A stretch of DNA of 64,000 bases from Nannocystis sp. (GCF_016714285.1 NZ_JADJNN010000008.1:132669-196668); one strand, 5' to 3'. Positions 39,517 through 49,681 are shown, counted from the first letter of the stretch. The notes: generated from the letters alone by a model not told the origin. Made by a program: numbers and translations.

Positions 39517-42324
39517 GTGAGCACCCCCGCGAAGCCTCAAGGCGGCCCTGGCAGCGTCTTCCTGATCGACGGCAGCAACTTCATGTTCCGGGCCTTCCAC
39601 GCCCTGCCGTCGCTGACCTCGCCCGCGGGCGTCCCGGTCAACGCGCTGCACGGCTTTGTCCGCATGATCCAGGCGCTGCGCAAGGAGTTCGCGCCGGAGG
39701 TGTTCGTCGCGGTGTTCGACCATAGCGGGCCGACCTTCCGCAACGCGCTGTTCCCCGACTACAAGGCCCACCGTCCGCCGCCGCCCGAGGACCTGATCCC
39801 GCAGATGCCGCTGGTACGCGGGGCCACCACGGCGCTCGGGCTGCCGGCGATCGAGGCCGTCAACTACGAGGCCGACGACATCATAGCGACCTACACGATG
39901 CAGGCGCAGAAGCTCGGGCGTCGCGTCGTCATCCTGTCGTCCGACAAGGACCTGATGCAGCTGGTCGACGACGGCAGCGAGACGCGCCCGCCGGTGCTGC
40001 TCTACGACACGATGAAGCAGAAGCTGCTCGGGTCGGCGGAGGTGCTGGAGAAGTGGGGCGTGCCGCCGGCCCAGCTCGGCGACCTGCTCGCGCTGACCGG
40101 CGACAGCTCTGACAACATCCCCGGGGTGCCCGGCATCGGCCCCAAGACGGCGGCTGGGCTGCTCGCCGAGTTCGGGTCACTCGAGGCGCTCCTGGCCGCG
40201 GCCGGATCGATCAAGCAGGCCAAGCGCCGCGAGGTGCTGCAGGCCAGCGTCGCCGCGGCCCGCCTCAGCCGCAAGCTCGTGGAGCTGGTGCGCGACGTGC
40301 CGGACCTGCCGCCGCTCGAGAGCCTGGTCGACCATGGTCCGAACGCCGAGGTGATGGACGCCTTCTTCGCGCCGCTTGGGGTGCGCTCGCTGTCGGGTCG
40401 CTCGGCGCGGGCCGTCGCGGCGCAGGCGGGTCGCGGCCCCGAGGGCCCGCTCGAGCTGCGGCCCGGCGCGCCGCTGGTCCTCGATCGCACGCGGCTGCGG
40501 CTGTTCCGCGCCGCCGACGAGGCCGCGCTGAAGGTGTGGATCGCCGCGGCCCTGGCGAAGGCGAGCGAGCTGGCGCTGCAGGTCACGGTCGACGTCGGCG
40601 ACGCGACCCAGGCGCATCTGGTCGGTCTGGCGATCGCTCCGCACGCGGCCGCGGCCGATGAATCGGGCGACGAGATGTGGCCCGCCTACATCCCGGTCGG
40701 GCACACCGGCGACGCGCTGCTGGCCGGGCAGTTCACGCGCGAGCGGGCGCTGGAGCTGCTGCGGCCGCTGTTGACGGCGCTGCCGGTGTGGGCCCACGCG
40801 GCCAAGTTCCAGGCGATCGTGCTGCGCCGCTTCGGCGTCGAACTGCCGCGGCTCGCGGGCGACCCCAAGCTGGCCTCGTACACGCTCGACCCGGCGCGCG
40901 CGAGCCACAGCCTCGCCGAGCTGGCCAAGGACCTGTTCGCCTACACCACGCTCACGCACGAGTCGGTGCTCGGCAAGGGCAAGAAGGCGGTGTCCTTTGC
41001 CGGCGCGCAGATCGATCAGGCGGCCGCGTACGCGTGCGAGCGGGCGCTGCTCACCGGCCAGCTCGGGCGCCACCTGCGGGCCTCGCTCGACGCGGCCGGG
41101 CCCGCGATCGCGGCCCTCTTCGACCAGCTCGAGATGCCGCTGTCGCGGGTGCTGGAGAAGCTCGAGGAGCGCGGGGTCGCGGTCGACATCAAGGTGCTGG
41201 CGGCCCAGGGCAAGGCGATCGGCGCCGAGATCGACAAGCTGCGCGCCGAGATAGAGGCCGAGGCCGGCCACCCGCTGAACCCCGACTCGCCGCTCCAGCT
41301 GCAGAAGTTCCTGTTCGAGGAGCGCGGGCTCGAGGCGACCAAGAAGACGAAGACGGGCTACAGCACGGACGCCGCGGTGCTCGAGGAGCTGGCGCAGCTC
41401 GACCCGATCGTCGGGCCGATCCTCGAGTACCGGACCCTCACCAAGCTGAAGGGCACCTACATCGACACGCTGCCGCAGGCCGTCAACCCGCGCACCGGTC
41501 GGCTGCACACCAGCTTCCGCCAGGCGGTGGCGCAGACCGGGCGGCTCTCGAGCAAGGACCCGAACCTGCAGAACATCCCGGTCCGCACCGAGATCGGCCG
41601 GCGGATCCGCGAGGCCTTCGTCGCCGGACCGGGCAAGGTCCTGGTCGCGCTCGACTACTCGCAGATCGAGCTGCGGATCCTGGCGCATCTCTCGGGCGAC
41701 AAGAACTTCGTCTCGGCCTTCCGCGATGGCGTCGACGTCCACCGGCGCACCGCCGCCGAGGTGTTCGCGGTGCCCGAGGCCGAGGTCACGCCGGAGCAGC
41801 GGCGCGTGGCCAAGGCGGTCAACTTCGGCGTGATCTACGGGCAGACGGCGTTTGGCCTGTCGCGCTCGCTCGGCATCCCGCGCGGCAAGGCGGGCAGCTA
41901 CATCAAGGCGTATCTCGAGAAGATCCCCGGCATCACGCGCTACCTTGACGAGCTGGTCGACATCGCCGACCAGCGCGGCTACGCCGAGACCATCTTCGGG
42001 CGGCGGCGGCGGATCCCGGAGCTGGCCCGCAAGGGCGCGTCGCGCAACTACGGCGAGCGGATCGCCCGCAACACGCCGATCCAGGGCAGCGCGGCCGACA
42101 TCATGAAGCGGGCGATGATCGCGGTCGAGGCCAGGCTCGGCGAGGTGACGTGGGCGCAGATGCTGCTCACGGTCCACGACGAGCTGATCTTCGAGTGCGA
42201 GGCGGCCCGCGCCGACGAGCTCGTGGCGATCGCGCGGCCGCTGATGGAGCAGGCCGCCGAGCTCAGCGTGCCGCTCCACGTCGACGCGGGGCGCGGCACG
42301 AGCTGGGCGGCCTGCAAGGGCTGA
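39517..42324 (+). CDS. polA: DNA polymerase I
   Basis: The 5'-3' exonuclease N-terminus reads FLIDGSNFMFRAFHAL, and the polymerase motifs are DYSQIELRILAHLS and the A/B/C motifs. The start is GTG. Confidence 0.95.
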   Translation: MSTPAKPQGGPGSVFLIDGSNFMFRAFHALPSLTSPAGVPVNALHGFVRMIQALRKEFAPEVFVAVFDHSGPTFRNALFPDYKAHRPPPPEDLIPQMPLVRGATTALGLPAIEAVNYEADDIIATYTMQAQKLGRRVVILSSDKDLMQLVDDGSETRPPVLLYDTMKQKLLGSAEVLEKWGVPPAQLGDLLALTGDSSDNIPGVPGIGPKTAAGLLAEFGSLEALLAAAGSIKQAKRREVLQASVAAARLSRKLVELVRDVPDLPPLESLVDHGPNAEVMDAFFAPLGVRSLSGRSARAVAAQAGRGPEGPLELRPGAPLVLDRTRLRLFRAADEAALKVWIAAALAKASELALQVTVDVGDATQAHLVGLAIAPHAAAADESGDEMWPAYIPVGHTGDALLAGQFTRERALELLRPLLTALPVWAHAAKFQAIVLRRFGVELPRLAGDPKLASYTLDPARASHSLAELAKDLFAYTTLTHESVLGKGKKAVSFAGAQIDQAAAYACERALLTGQLGRHLRASLDAAGPAIAALFDQLEMPLSRVLEKLEERGVAVDIKVLAAQGKAIGAEIDKLRAEIEAEAGHPLNPDSPLQLQKFLFEERGLEATKKTKTGYSTDAAVLEELAQLDPIVGPILEYRTLTKLKGTYIDTLPQAVNPRTGRLHTSFRQAVAQTGRLSSKDPNLQNIPVRTEIGRRIREAFVAGPGKVLVALDYSQIELRILAHLSGDKNFVSAFRDGVDVHRRTAAEVFAVPEAEVTPEQRRVAKAVNFGVIYGQTAFGLSRSLGIPRGKAGSYIKAYLEKIPGITRYLDELVDIADQRGYAETIFGRRRRIPELARKGASRNYGERIARNTPIQGSAADIMKRAMIAVEARLGEVTWAQMLLTVHDELIFECEAARADELVAIARPLMEQAAELSVPLHVDAGRGTSWAACKG

Positions 42325-42332
42325 TCAGGAGA

Positions 42333-42890
42333 TCACAGGCCGCAGTCGGCGCCGCAGCTGCCCATCACGCACATGTACGCCGCGAGGACGACCGGGTTCA
42401 TGAACGGGTCGACCATGCACTCGCCCAGGCAGGTCATTGGATCGCCGCCCATGCCGACGCACTCGAACACGCAGGCGCAGTCCTGATCGGCCTGGCAGGC
42501 CGTGGCCTGGTCGCAGCAGTTGGCCTTGGTGCAGCTGGTGCAGGGGTCGTCCTGGGGGTCGGGCATGCACTGGTCGATGTTGCCGGTGCTGCCGCCGCCG
42601 GTGCTGCCGGGGTCGGTGTCGGGGCCGCTGGTGGTGACCGGGTCGGTGCCCGCCGAGGTGCTGTCGCCGCTGGTGGACTGACCCTCGCTGACGCCCGACG
42701 TGCTCGCCGATTCGCCGGTGGTGGTCGGCACGTCGGTGGTGCTGGAGGCCGAGGCGCTGGTGGTGCTCGCAGCTTCGGTGGCGCCGCTGCTCGAGCCGGC
42801 GCTGCTGGTGTCGCCGGAGTCGCCGCAGGCGCCGAGGCAGACCAGAGCAGCGAGGGTGGAGGCTAATCGGTAGGAAGATAGAACATGCAT
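42333..42890 (-). CDS. Cys-rich secreted lipoprotein
   Basis: MHVLSSYRLASTLAALVCLGACGDSGD has a lipobox, followed by a Ser/Thr linker and a C-terminus with about 16 Cys. Confidence 0.6.
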   Translation of the reverse strand: MHVLSSYRLASTLAALVCLGACGDSGDTSSAGSSSGATEAASTTSASASSTTDVPTTTGESASTSGVSEGQSTSGDSTSAGTDPVTTSGPDTDPGSTGGGSTGNIDQCMPDPQDDPCTSCTKANCCDQATACQADQDCACVFECVGMGGDPMTCLGECMVDPFMNPVVLAAYMCVMGSCGADCGL

Positions 42891-42953
42891 GCGGCGAGTG
42901 TACGGGTCCGGACCCGCCCAGACCACTGCCACGATCGCAGGCCGGTGCCAGCG

Positions 42954-44258
42954 TCACGCCTCGCGCGCCCACTCGCTCTCGAGCGCGGCCCAGTCGACCT
43001 CGGCCTGGAGGCGCGCCAGCACGGCGTAGAGTCCGAAGCGCAGGCGAAACAGGAACAACATGCGACCGGGGAGGCGAAGGTTGATGATGGCCCGCTTGTC
43101 CCGCATGACGCCGGGGCCGGCGAGGCCCGCGTCGGGCGCGATGCGCCGCTTGCCTGGCGCCAGCAGCGGGGCGAAGAAGGCGCGCAGCAGCTGGCGCACG
43201 TGATCGCGACCGTGCCTGTCCTTTGGGGCATGTCCGCCGATCGCCGCGATCGCGGCCAGGAGCTCCGGCTCGTCGTCGTCGCGGGTCGCCGCGGCCAGGC
43301 GAGCGAAGCCTCGCCGCATCGCGGGGTCGAAGCGGCGGACGCAGCCGAAGTCGTAGACGACGATGCGGCCGTCGGGGAGGAAGGCGAAGTTGCCGGGGTG
43401 GGGGTCGGCGTGGAACAGGCCGTCGCGGTAGAAGCTGCGCAGCCAGAAGCGGAACAGGGCCGCGCCGGCGGCGTCGCGCTCGGCCTGCGTGGGTGCGCCG
43501 GCGAGGAAGTCGGCGAGTGAGCGCCCGGGCGTCCAGCGGGTGACGAGCACCGACGCGGCGCACAGCTCGGTGATCACCTCGGGCACCACGATCACCGGGT
43601 CACCGGCGAAGGCGCGGGCGAAGTGCCGCTGCTGCTCCGCCTCGCCCAGGAAGTCGCACTCGCCGAGGAAGGCCTCGCGCGCCTCCTCGATGCAGTCGCG
43701 GATCGACGCGGCGCCGGAGACCGCGGCGAACAGCTTGCCGACGCCGGCGGCGCGGAAGTCGGCCGCGATCGCGGCCTCGATGCCGGGGTGGCGCACCTTG
43801 ATAGCGACCTCGCGGCCGTCAGGGAGCCGCCCGCGGTGGACCTGGCCGATGCTGGCGACGGCGATCGGGGCCCGCTCCATGCCCGCGAGCAGCAGGTCGG
43901 CGCGCTCGCCCAGGGCCTCGCGGAGGCGGGCCTCGACCGCGGAGAACTCGGTGCAGGGCGCGGCGGTCTGCAGCAGCGAGAGCATGCCCTGCAGCTCGGG
44001 CGGCAGGCTGGCGTCGACGTAGCCGAGCATCTGCCCGGCCTTCATCGCCACGCCCTTGAGCCCGCCGAGGCGGGCGACCAGCTCGGCGATCGCCTCGGGG
44101 TCGAGGTCGTCGCCCCGGCGCCCGCGCAGCAGCGCCGAGCCGAGGCCCACCGCGCTGCGGCCGGTCCGCCACATGCGCCCGATCGTCGAGGTCGGCACCG
44201 CCTCCGCCTGTCCAAGCATCCGCGCCCGCAACTCCGCCGTGAAATTTTCGCTGGTCAT
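42954..44258 (-). CDS. ABC1/UbiB-family atypical kinase
   Basis: AASIGQVHRGRLPDGREVAIKVRHPGI and DPHPGNFAFLPDGRIVVYDFG are the ABC1 kinase signatures. A GGAGG ribosome-binding site lies 6 nt upstream of the ATG. Confidence 0.85.
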   Translation of the reverse strand: MTSENFTAELRARMLGQAEAVPTSTIGRMWRTGRSAVGLGSALLRGRRGDDLDPEAIAELVARLGGLKGVAMKAGQMLGYVDASLPPELQGMLSLLQTAAPCTEFSAVEARLREALGERADLLLAGMERAPIAVASIGQVHRGRLPDGREVAIKVRHPGIEAAIAADFRAAGVGKLFAAVSGAASIRDCIEEAREAFLGECDFLGEAEQQRHFARAFAGDPVIVVPEVITELCAASVLVTRWTPGRSLADFLAGAPTQAERDAAGAALFRFWLRSFYRDGLFHADPHPGNFAFLPDGRIVVYDFGCVRRFDPAMRRGFARLAAATRDDDEPELLAAIAAIGGHAPKDRHGRDHVRQLLRAFFAPLLAPGKRRIAPDAGLAGPGVMRDKRAIINLRLPGRMLFLFRLRFGLYAVLARLQAEVDWAALESEWAREA

Positions 44259-44283
44259 GCGTCCTCCTGATGTTCCCAAGATG

Positions 44284-44298
44284 TGATAGTCACTATCA
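44284..44298. promoter_or_regulatory. Candidate TetR operator: inverted repeat TGATAGT-c-ACTATCA
   Basis: This is a perfect 7-bp inverted repeat in the 41-bp divergent region between the kinase and the TetR gene. It abuts the TetR start. Confidence 0.5.
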
Positions 44299-44299
44299 T

Positions 44300-44920
44300 G
44301 TGAGAGTGACTACCAAAAGTCCAGACGAGAAACCGGCGGCGAAGATCGACGGTCGGGCGCGGCGGCGGCTGGAGTCGATGGCGCGGATCCAGGCCGTGGC
44401 GCTCGATCTCTTCGAGGCGCAGGGCTTCGAGCAGGTCTCGATCGAGGCGATCGCCCGCGCGGCGGAGGTCGGCCCGGCGACCATCTACCGCAACTTCGGC
44501 AGCAAGGAGCGCCTGGTCCTGTGGGACGAGTACGACCCGATGCTGCTCGAGGCGATCGCGGCCGAGCTGGCCGAGCACGAGGTGCTCGCGGCGGTGCAGC
44601 GGGCGCTGGTCGGGTCGCTCGCCGCGATCTACCGCGACGAGCGGGCCCGCATCCTGCGCCGGGGTCGGCTCATCCGCGCGACGCCGGCGCTGCAGGTGGT
44701 CGCGGCCGCCGACGCGGTCATGCTGCGGCTGGCGCTCGAGCAGGTGCTGCTGGCGTCGCGCCGCGCCGCCGACCCGCTGGCGGCGCGGGTGTTCGCGGGG
44801 GCGATCGTCGCCACGATCGTGGCCGGGGTCGATCGCTGGCTCGACGGCGAGGGCCGCGAGCCGCTCGCGCGCTGCTTTCAGCGGACCATCGCCCACCTGC
44901 GTCGACTCGCCCTCGCCTGA
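44300..44920 (+). CDS. TetR-family transcriptional regulator
   Basis: The HTH region reads RRRLESMARIQAVALDLFEAQGFEQVSIEAIARAAEVGPATIYRNFGSKE. The start is ambiguous: GTG at 44300 or 44306, or an upstream ATG at 44270. Confidence 0.85.
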   Translation: MRVTTKSPDEKPAAKIDGRARRRLESMARIQAVALDLFEAQGFEQVSIEAIARAAEVGPATIYRNFGSKERLVLWDEYDPMLLEAIAAELAEHEVLAAVQRALVGSLAAIYRDERARILRRGRLIRATPALQVVAAADAVMLRLALEQVLLASRRAADPLAARVFAGAIVATIVAGVDRWLDGEGREPLARCFQRTIAHLRRLALA

Positions 44921-45023
44921 GCGCAGGCGTGGTCGATGGCGAGGGCCCGGGCCGCGACTCCGCCCATCGCCCGCGTTCGCTGTTCTGCGGGCACGCACGG
45001 GCACGTGGCCGCGCCACTGGCAG

Positions 45024-45599
45024 ATGCGCCGCGCTCCTGATAGAGCGCTCTGCATGATGATGGAGATGTTCGGCGGCGTGTTCGTGATGATGCTGTTCGC
45101 CTACAGCCTCGTGCCCCTGTTCCCCTTCGTGTACGTGCTGCTGCGCTGGCGGCAGGCGCGAGAGGGCGGCGCCCCGGATCCGCAGCTCGGGCTCAAGGTG
45201 GCGGTCTACTACTTCATGACGATCGGCCTGCACGTCGTGCTGATGGCGCTGGCGCTCGGGCTCTACGGGCTCATCGTCGATCGCGCCCCGGAGAGCATGA
45301 TGCGCGCGGCGGCCGGTCTGCTGCTCGGCGGCGGGATCGTGTACGGCCTGCACCGGGCGATCCTCAGCCGCGTGGTCGATGCGGCGCGGCGGGCCAACGT
45401 GGCCCGCGTGTTCGCGGGGCTCAACGTGGTGCTCTGCGGGCTCATCGGCATGGGCGCGTTGATCGGCACCAGCGTGCTGCTGCTGCAGGAGCACGTGCCG
45501 GAGGAGGCCTTCAAGGTCGCCGGTGTGGTGATGGTCGTGTACCTCGGCGCGTGGGCGCAGCAGGCCCGCGTCCTGATCGGGATGAGCGAGGCCGCCTGA
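45024..45599 (+). CDS. Hypothetical integral membrane protein
   Basis: The protein has 4-5 TM helices and a non-GC-biased composition rich in F, Y and M. The alternative start MMMEMF is at 45054. Confidence 0.5.
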   Translation: MRRAPDRALCMMMEMFGGVFVMMLFAYSLVPLFPFVYVLLRWRQAREGGAPDPQLGLKVAVYYFMTIGLHVVLMALALGLYGLIVDRAPESMMRAAAGLLLGGGIVYGLHRAILSRVVDAARRANVARVFAGLNVVLCGLIGMGALIGTSVLLLQEHVPEEAFKVAGVVMVVYLGAWAQQARVLIGMSEAA

Positions 45600-45666
45600 T
45601 CGCGCGCGACGCGGGCGAGGTCCAGCGGGCTCGCAAATTCCTCGCGCGCCCGCTAGCTTCGGGCGC

Positions 45667-46929
45667 GTGAGAAGCCCGCAGGACCTGCCCGTCACCGTCG
45701 AGGCCGCCGCCGCCGTGTTGTCGCGGGTGGCGATCCCGGACGCGCTGCTCGAGGTGGCGCAGATCCTCCACGACGCCGGGCACGAGGCGGTGCTGGTCGG
45801 CGGGGCCGTGCGTGACGCGTTGCTCGGGCGCACGCACGGCGACTGGGACCTGGCCGCGAGCGCCACGCCGGCCGAGGTGCAGGCGTTGTTTCGCCGGACG
45901 ATCCCCACCGGCATCGAACACGGCACCGTCACTGTCGTGCACGGCCGCGGCGACCTGCGCCTGCACATCGAGATCACGACCTTCCGCGGCGAGGGCAGCT
46001 ACGAGGACGGCAGGCGCCCGAGCGAGGTCCGCTTCCTGCGCGCGCTGGCCGACGACCTGGCCCGCCGCGACTTCACGATCAACGCCTTCGCCTGGAACCC
46101 GATCACGCGGGTGTTCACCGACTGCTTCGCCGGCCTCGCCGACCTGCGCCGCGGGCTGCTGCGTGCGGTCGGCGATCCGGCGGCCCGCTTCGGCGAGGAC
46201 GGGCTGCGGGCGATGCGGGCGGTGCGGCTGTGCGCGACCCTCGAGATGCGCCTCGAGGAGGGCACGGCTGCGGCGATCGGCGGGGCGCTCGAGATCCTCG
46301 ACCGGGTCAGCCGCGAGCGGGTGCACGTCGAGCTGTTCAAGCTGCTGGCCGCGCGCCGGCCCTCGCTGGGCCTCGAGCCGATGTACGAGACCGGCATCTG
46401 GCCGCGCGTGCTCGGGCCGGTGTCGCGGGTCGAGGCCGACGCTGCGATCTCGGCGATCGAGCTGATGCGGCCCGACCCCGTGGTCCGCCTGGCGCGGCTG
46501 CTGTGGCCGCTGCGCGAGCAGCGGGGGCAGATCGAGGCGATCGTCGACGGGCTCAAGCCGAGCCGCGACGAGCGGGCGCGGCTGCTCTCGCTGACCGACC
46601 CGGCGATCGCGCCGCTCGGCCGCCTGCGCGACCCGCTGGCGATCCGGCGGCTCGCCGCGGCGCTCGGCCGGCGTCACCTCGCCGACGCCACCGACCTGCT
46701 GGCGCGCGAGTGGGCCCAGCTGGTCACGATCGAGGAGGCGGTCCGCGGCGCGGCGCTGGCGGTCGGCGAGCTGGCGATCGGCGGCAAGGAGCTGGTCGCG
46801 GCCGGCATCGCCGCGCCGGGGCCCGGGCTCGGCAAGCTGCTCGCGGCGCTGCTCGACTGGGTGCTCGAGGAGCCGGCGCGCAACACCGCGGACCTGCTGC
46901 TGGCTCGGGCCCGCGCGCTCGCGGCGTGA
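45667..46929 (+). CDS. CCA tRNA nucleotidyltransferase / poly(A) polymerase family protein
   Basis: The PolyA_pol head domain reads LVGGAVRDALLG...DWDLA...RDFTINA. The start is GTG. Confidence 0.8.
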   Translation: MRSPQDLPVTVEAAAAVLSRVAIPDALLEVAQILHDAGHEAVLVGGAVRDALLGRTHGDWDLAASATPAEVQALFRRTIPTGIEHGTVTVVHGRGDLRLHIEITTFRGEGSYEDGRRPSEVRFLRALADDLARRDFTINAFAWNPITRVFTDCFAGLADLRRGLLRAVGDPAARFGEDGLRAMRAVRLCATLEMRLEEGTAAAIGGALEILDRVSRERVHVELFKLLAARRPSLGLEPMYETGIWPRVLGPVSRVEADAAISAIELMRPDPVVRLARLLWPLREQRGQIEAIVDGLKPSRDERARLLSLTDPAIAPLGRLRDPLAIRRLAAALGRRHLADATDLLAREWAQLVTIEEAVRGAALAVGELAIGGKELVAAGIAAPGPGLGKLLAALLDWVLEEPARNTADLLLARARALAA

Positions 46930-46934
46930 CAGTC

Positions 46935-47080
46935 GACGAGCGCTGCTGCGAGGTGTCCCCAAGGCCCGCGTGCGAGCGGCGGCATTCGACCCTCGACGCT
47001 CGCTGCTGCGAGGTGTGCCCGGGGTGTGCGCTCGCGGCGTGACATGTCGGTTGGGACATGTCCGCCGGGACATGGCCTTC
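46935..47080. repeat. Two copies of a ~60-bp direct repeat plus two copies of GACATGTC in the convergent intergenic region between cca and the ATP-grasp gene
   Basis: cgctgctgcgaggtgtSccc and cgcggcgtgacaKtcg each occur twice about 60 bp apart. They are followed by gtgacatgtcggttgggacatgtccgccgggacatgg. Confidence 0.7.
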
Positions 47081-47092
47081 GGCGCAGGCGTG

Positions 47093-48856
47093 TCAGCTGC
47101 CCTCGAGGTGGGCGCGCTGGACGATGCGGGCGTCGAGGGTGAGGTAGCCGCGCGGCGGGCCGATCAGGCGCAGGGGGCTGAGCTCGACGCTGATCAGGCG
47201 GCCGGATGTCCCCGGGGACAGGTCGCGGTCGAAGTGCTGGACGAGGGCGTCGAGGCGCAGCAGCAGGGCGGCGAGCTCGGCGACGCCGGGGTCGCTGGCG
47301 CGGCGCAGGGCGGGCACGCGGGCGAGCACGGCGTGGGCGAGCAGGCGGGCGTCGGCGGGGGCGAGCGGGGCGAGGGCGAAGCAGGGCTCGGCCGGCGGCG
47401 ACAGGCCGAGGGCGCGGCCGAAGATCGCCATCTCGCCGGTGTGCAGGCGGATCGCGCCGCAGTGCAGCTCGAGGCCCTCGGGGGCCTGCTCGGCGACCAG
47501 CACGCCGTCGAGGTGGGCGGTCGGCGCGTGGGTCTCGACGTTGTGGACGATCGTCGCGTAGGCGCGGCGGACCGCGGCGCTGGTGGTGAGGCCGAGGACC
47601 ACCGCGCCGAGCTCCTGCTTGCGCCGCAGGTCGGGGCTGACGGCCTTGAGCACGACGGGGTAGCCGATCGTGTCGGCGTACTGGGCCGCGCCGCTGGCCG
47701 AGCTGGCGACCGCCTGGCGCGTGATCTCGACGCCGAAGCCGCGGAGCACGACCTTGCTCTCGTGCTCCGAGAGCACCTGACCGGCGCCGCGCAGGACCTC
47801 CTCGGCGCGGGCGATCGCGGCGGGGTCCTGCTGCGGGGCTGCGAGCTCGGGCGCGGCGGCCAGGAGGGCGCGGGTCTGCCGGCGCCGCAGCAGCGCGGCC
47901 TGGGCGAGGAAGGCGGCCGTCGGCGCGGCGAGGCCTGGGCCTGGCAGCGGCGCCTCCATGCCGACGGCGGCGCCGAGGGTCGGCAGGGCGCGGCGGGCCT
48001 GGGCCCAGCGGGCGAGCAGGCCCGGATCGTGGCTGTCCTCGGGGACAGGTGCAGGCGGCGCACACAGCAGGGCCAGCAGCTGCGGGCTCGGGAACAGCGG
48101 GCCGGTGAAGCGCTCGAGCGCGTGGGCGGCGACGGCGGCGGCGAGGCTGGGGTCGCGGGGGAGGTCGAGGCGGGCCGGCGGGAGCCCGAGCGGGACGATC
48201 GCGTGCTCGGCCGCGTCGCCGGCCGCGCGGGCCCAGCGGGCCCAGCCCGGGTGCAGGCTGGCCGCGGCGACGAAGCCGAGCGCGCGGGTGCCCGCGAGCT
48301 GCGGGTCGGCGAGCCACAGCGGCCACCACGGCGGGGTCGGGCAGGCGGCCATGCGCACGCCCGCGGGCAAGGCTGGCGCTTGGGACAGGTGATCTGTCCG
48401 CGGGGACAGGTCGGTGGAGGCTGGCGCTTGGGACAGGTGAGCTGGCGCTTGGGACAGGTCGTCGGAGGCGGGGTCGGAGGCGAGGGCGGCGAGCAGGGCG
48501 GCGAGCTCGGCGGGGGCGGTGGCGCAGGCGACGGTGTCGCCGGTGGGGCCGATCTGCAGGCGGGCGTCGGGGCCGAGGAGCAGGGTGTCGGGGAGGGCGG
48601 GGAGCGAGCCGGGCTCGGCGGGGCCGGTGACGACCAGGAGGGCAGGGGGGCGCTCGCGGAGGGCGCGGAGCAGGGCGGGGCCGAGGCTGTGGACGACGAC
48701 GACGAGGGCGCCGTGGTCGCGCACGCGGCGGGCGAGCTCCGCGTCGCGCAGCAGCTCGCCGGGCAGGCGCACGTGCGGGGCGGCGGCCTCGGCGATGAGC
48801 GTCGCCGTCGCGGCGGGCGCGAGCAGGGCCTGGAGCGCTGTCGCCGGCGGCGTCAC
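47093..48856 (-). CDS. Protein with a C-terminal ATP-grasp domain (acetate-CoA ligase ADP-forming beta-like); the N-terminal region is unassigned
   Basis: The C-terminal VLSEHESKVVLRGFGVEITRQ...YPVVLKAVSPDL is ATP-grasp_5-like. The in-frame repeat DDLSQAPAHLSQAPASTDLSPRTDHLSQAPA comes from a 21-bp tandem array. Confidence 0.55.
   Translation of the reverse strand: MTPPATALQALLAPAATATLIAEAAAPHVRLPGELLRDAELARRVRDHGALVVVVHSLGPALLRALRERPPALLVVTGPAEPGSLPALPDTLLLGPDARLQIGPTGDTVACATAPAELAALLAALASDPASDDLSQAPAHLSQAPASTDLSPRTDHLSQAPALPAGVRMAACPTPPWWPLWLADPQLAGTRALGFVAAASLHPGWARWARAAGDAAEHAIVPLGLPPARLDLPRDPSLAAAVAAHALERFTGPLFPSPQLLALLCAPPAPVPEDSHDPGLLARWAQARRALPTLGAAVGMEAPLPGPGLAAPTAAFLAQAALLRRRQTRALLAAAPELAAPQQDPAAIARAEEVLRGAGQVLSEHESKVVLRGFGVEITRQAVASSASGAAQYADTIGYPVVLKAVSPDLRRKQELGAVVLGLTTSAAVRRAYATIVHNVETHAPTAHLDGVLVAEQAPEGLELHCGAIRLHTGEMAIFGRALGLSPPAEPCFALAPLAPADARLLAHAVLARVPALRRASDPGVAELAALLLRLDALVQHFDRDLSPGTSGRLISVELSPLRLIGPPRGYLTLDARIVQRAHLEGS
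48376..48462. repeat. In-frame tandem array of four 21-bp units (CTTGGGACAGGTGA core) inside the ATP-grasp gene
   Basis: The sequence cttgggacaggtgatctgtccgcggggacaggtcggtggaggctggcgcttgggacaggtgagctggcgcttgggacaggtcgtcgg encodes HLSQAPA repeats. Confidence 0.9.
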
Positions 48857-48868
48857 TCCTCAGCCCCT

Positions 48869-49681
48869 CTAGGCCAGGACGGGCTTCCACAGGTCGCTGT
48901 GGAGCTGCTTGATCGCCTCGGGCCAGGGGCCGGGGACGACCCAGTCGGCGGCCGACCAGCTGGCGTTGAACTGGCCGTCGGCGCCGGGGAAGTACATCAC
49001 GCGCGCCCCGGGGCCGCGCTGGCGCAGCACCTCCGGCAACCCGCTGGCCGCGTTGCTGAGCCACAGCAAGGTGCCGCTGTCGTGGTGCTCGAGGTACTCG
49101 GCGGGGGCCTGGCGCGCGCCGAGCGAGCCGAGCTGGGCGCGGGTGCTGGCGTCGAGGTCGTGGCTGGCGAAGAAGCGGAGCGGGCCGCGGCCGGCGTGGC
49201 CGTCGAGGCGGGCGACCCAGTCCGGGAGGTCGACGAGGCTGGCCTCGTTGTCGTACTCGGCGTCGATGATCGAGGGCAGCTCGTACCAGGGCAGGGTGCC
49301 GGCGACGATCGAGGTGACGGCGGCGAGGTTGTCCCACTCGATCGCGGGGTCCTGCAGCCAGGTGGTCTCGGTGGGGCCGCCCGCGAGGCCCTCGGCGGCG
49401 GCCAGGCCCTCCTCGGTGTGCGGCACGAACACGACCAGCGGCCGCAGGCGCTCCTGCAGCGGGCGCATGCCGGCGGGGCCGCAGAAGGTCAGGAGGTCGG
49501 CGCCGTAGCGGCTGACCGCGCCGATGACGAACTGGTCCGCGCGACCGGCGTCGCCCGGGCAGACGGCGGTGATCGAGGCGCCGCGATCGCTGGCGATGTC
49601 GCGGGCCAGACACAGCGCGGCGGCGCTGCCGGGGTGGATCCCCTGAGGAGTTCGCTGCGCGTAGACCAGGATGTGAGCCAT
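48869..49681 (-). CDS. ETF-like (electron-transfer-flavoprotein N-terminal-domain-like) protein
   Basis: MAHILVYAQRTPQGIHPGSAAALCLARDIASDRGASITAVCPGDAG...GADLLTF is a weak resemblance to an ETF alpha/beta Rossmann domain. The start overlaps the upstream stop as TAATG. Confidence 0.45.
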   Translation of the reverse strand: MAHILVYAQRTPQGIHPGSAAALCLARDIASDRGASITAVCPGDAGRADQFVIGAVSRYGADLLTFCGPAGMRPLQERLRPLVVFVPHTEEGLAAAEGLAGGPTETTWLQDPAIEWDNLAAVTSIVAGTLPWYELPSIIDAEYDNEASLVDLPDWVARLDGHAGRGPLRFFASHDLDASTRAQLGSLGARQAPAEYLEHHDSGTLLWLSNAASGLPEVLRQRGPGARVMYFPGADGQFNASWSAADWVVPGPWPEAIKQLHSDLWKPVLA

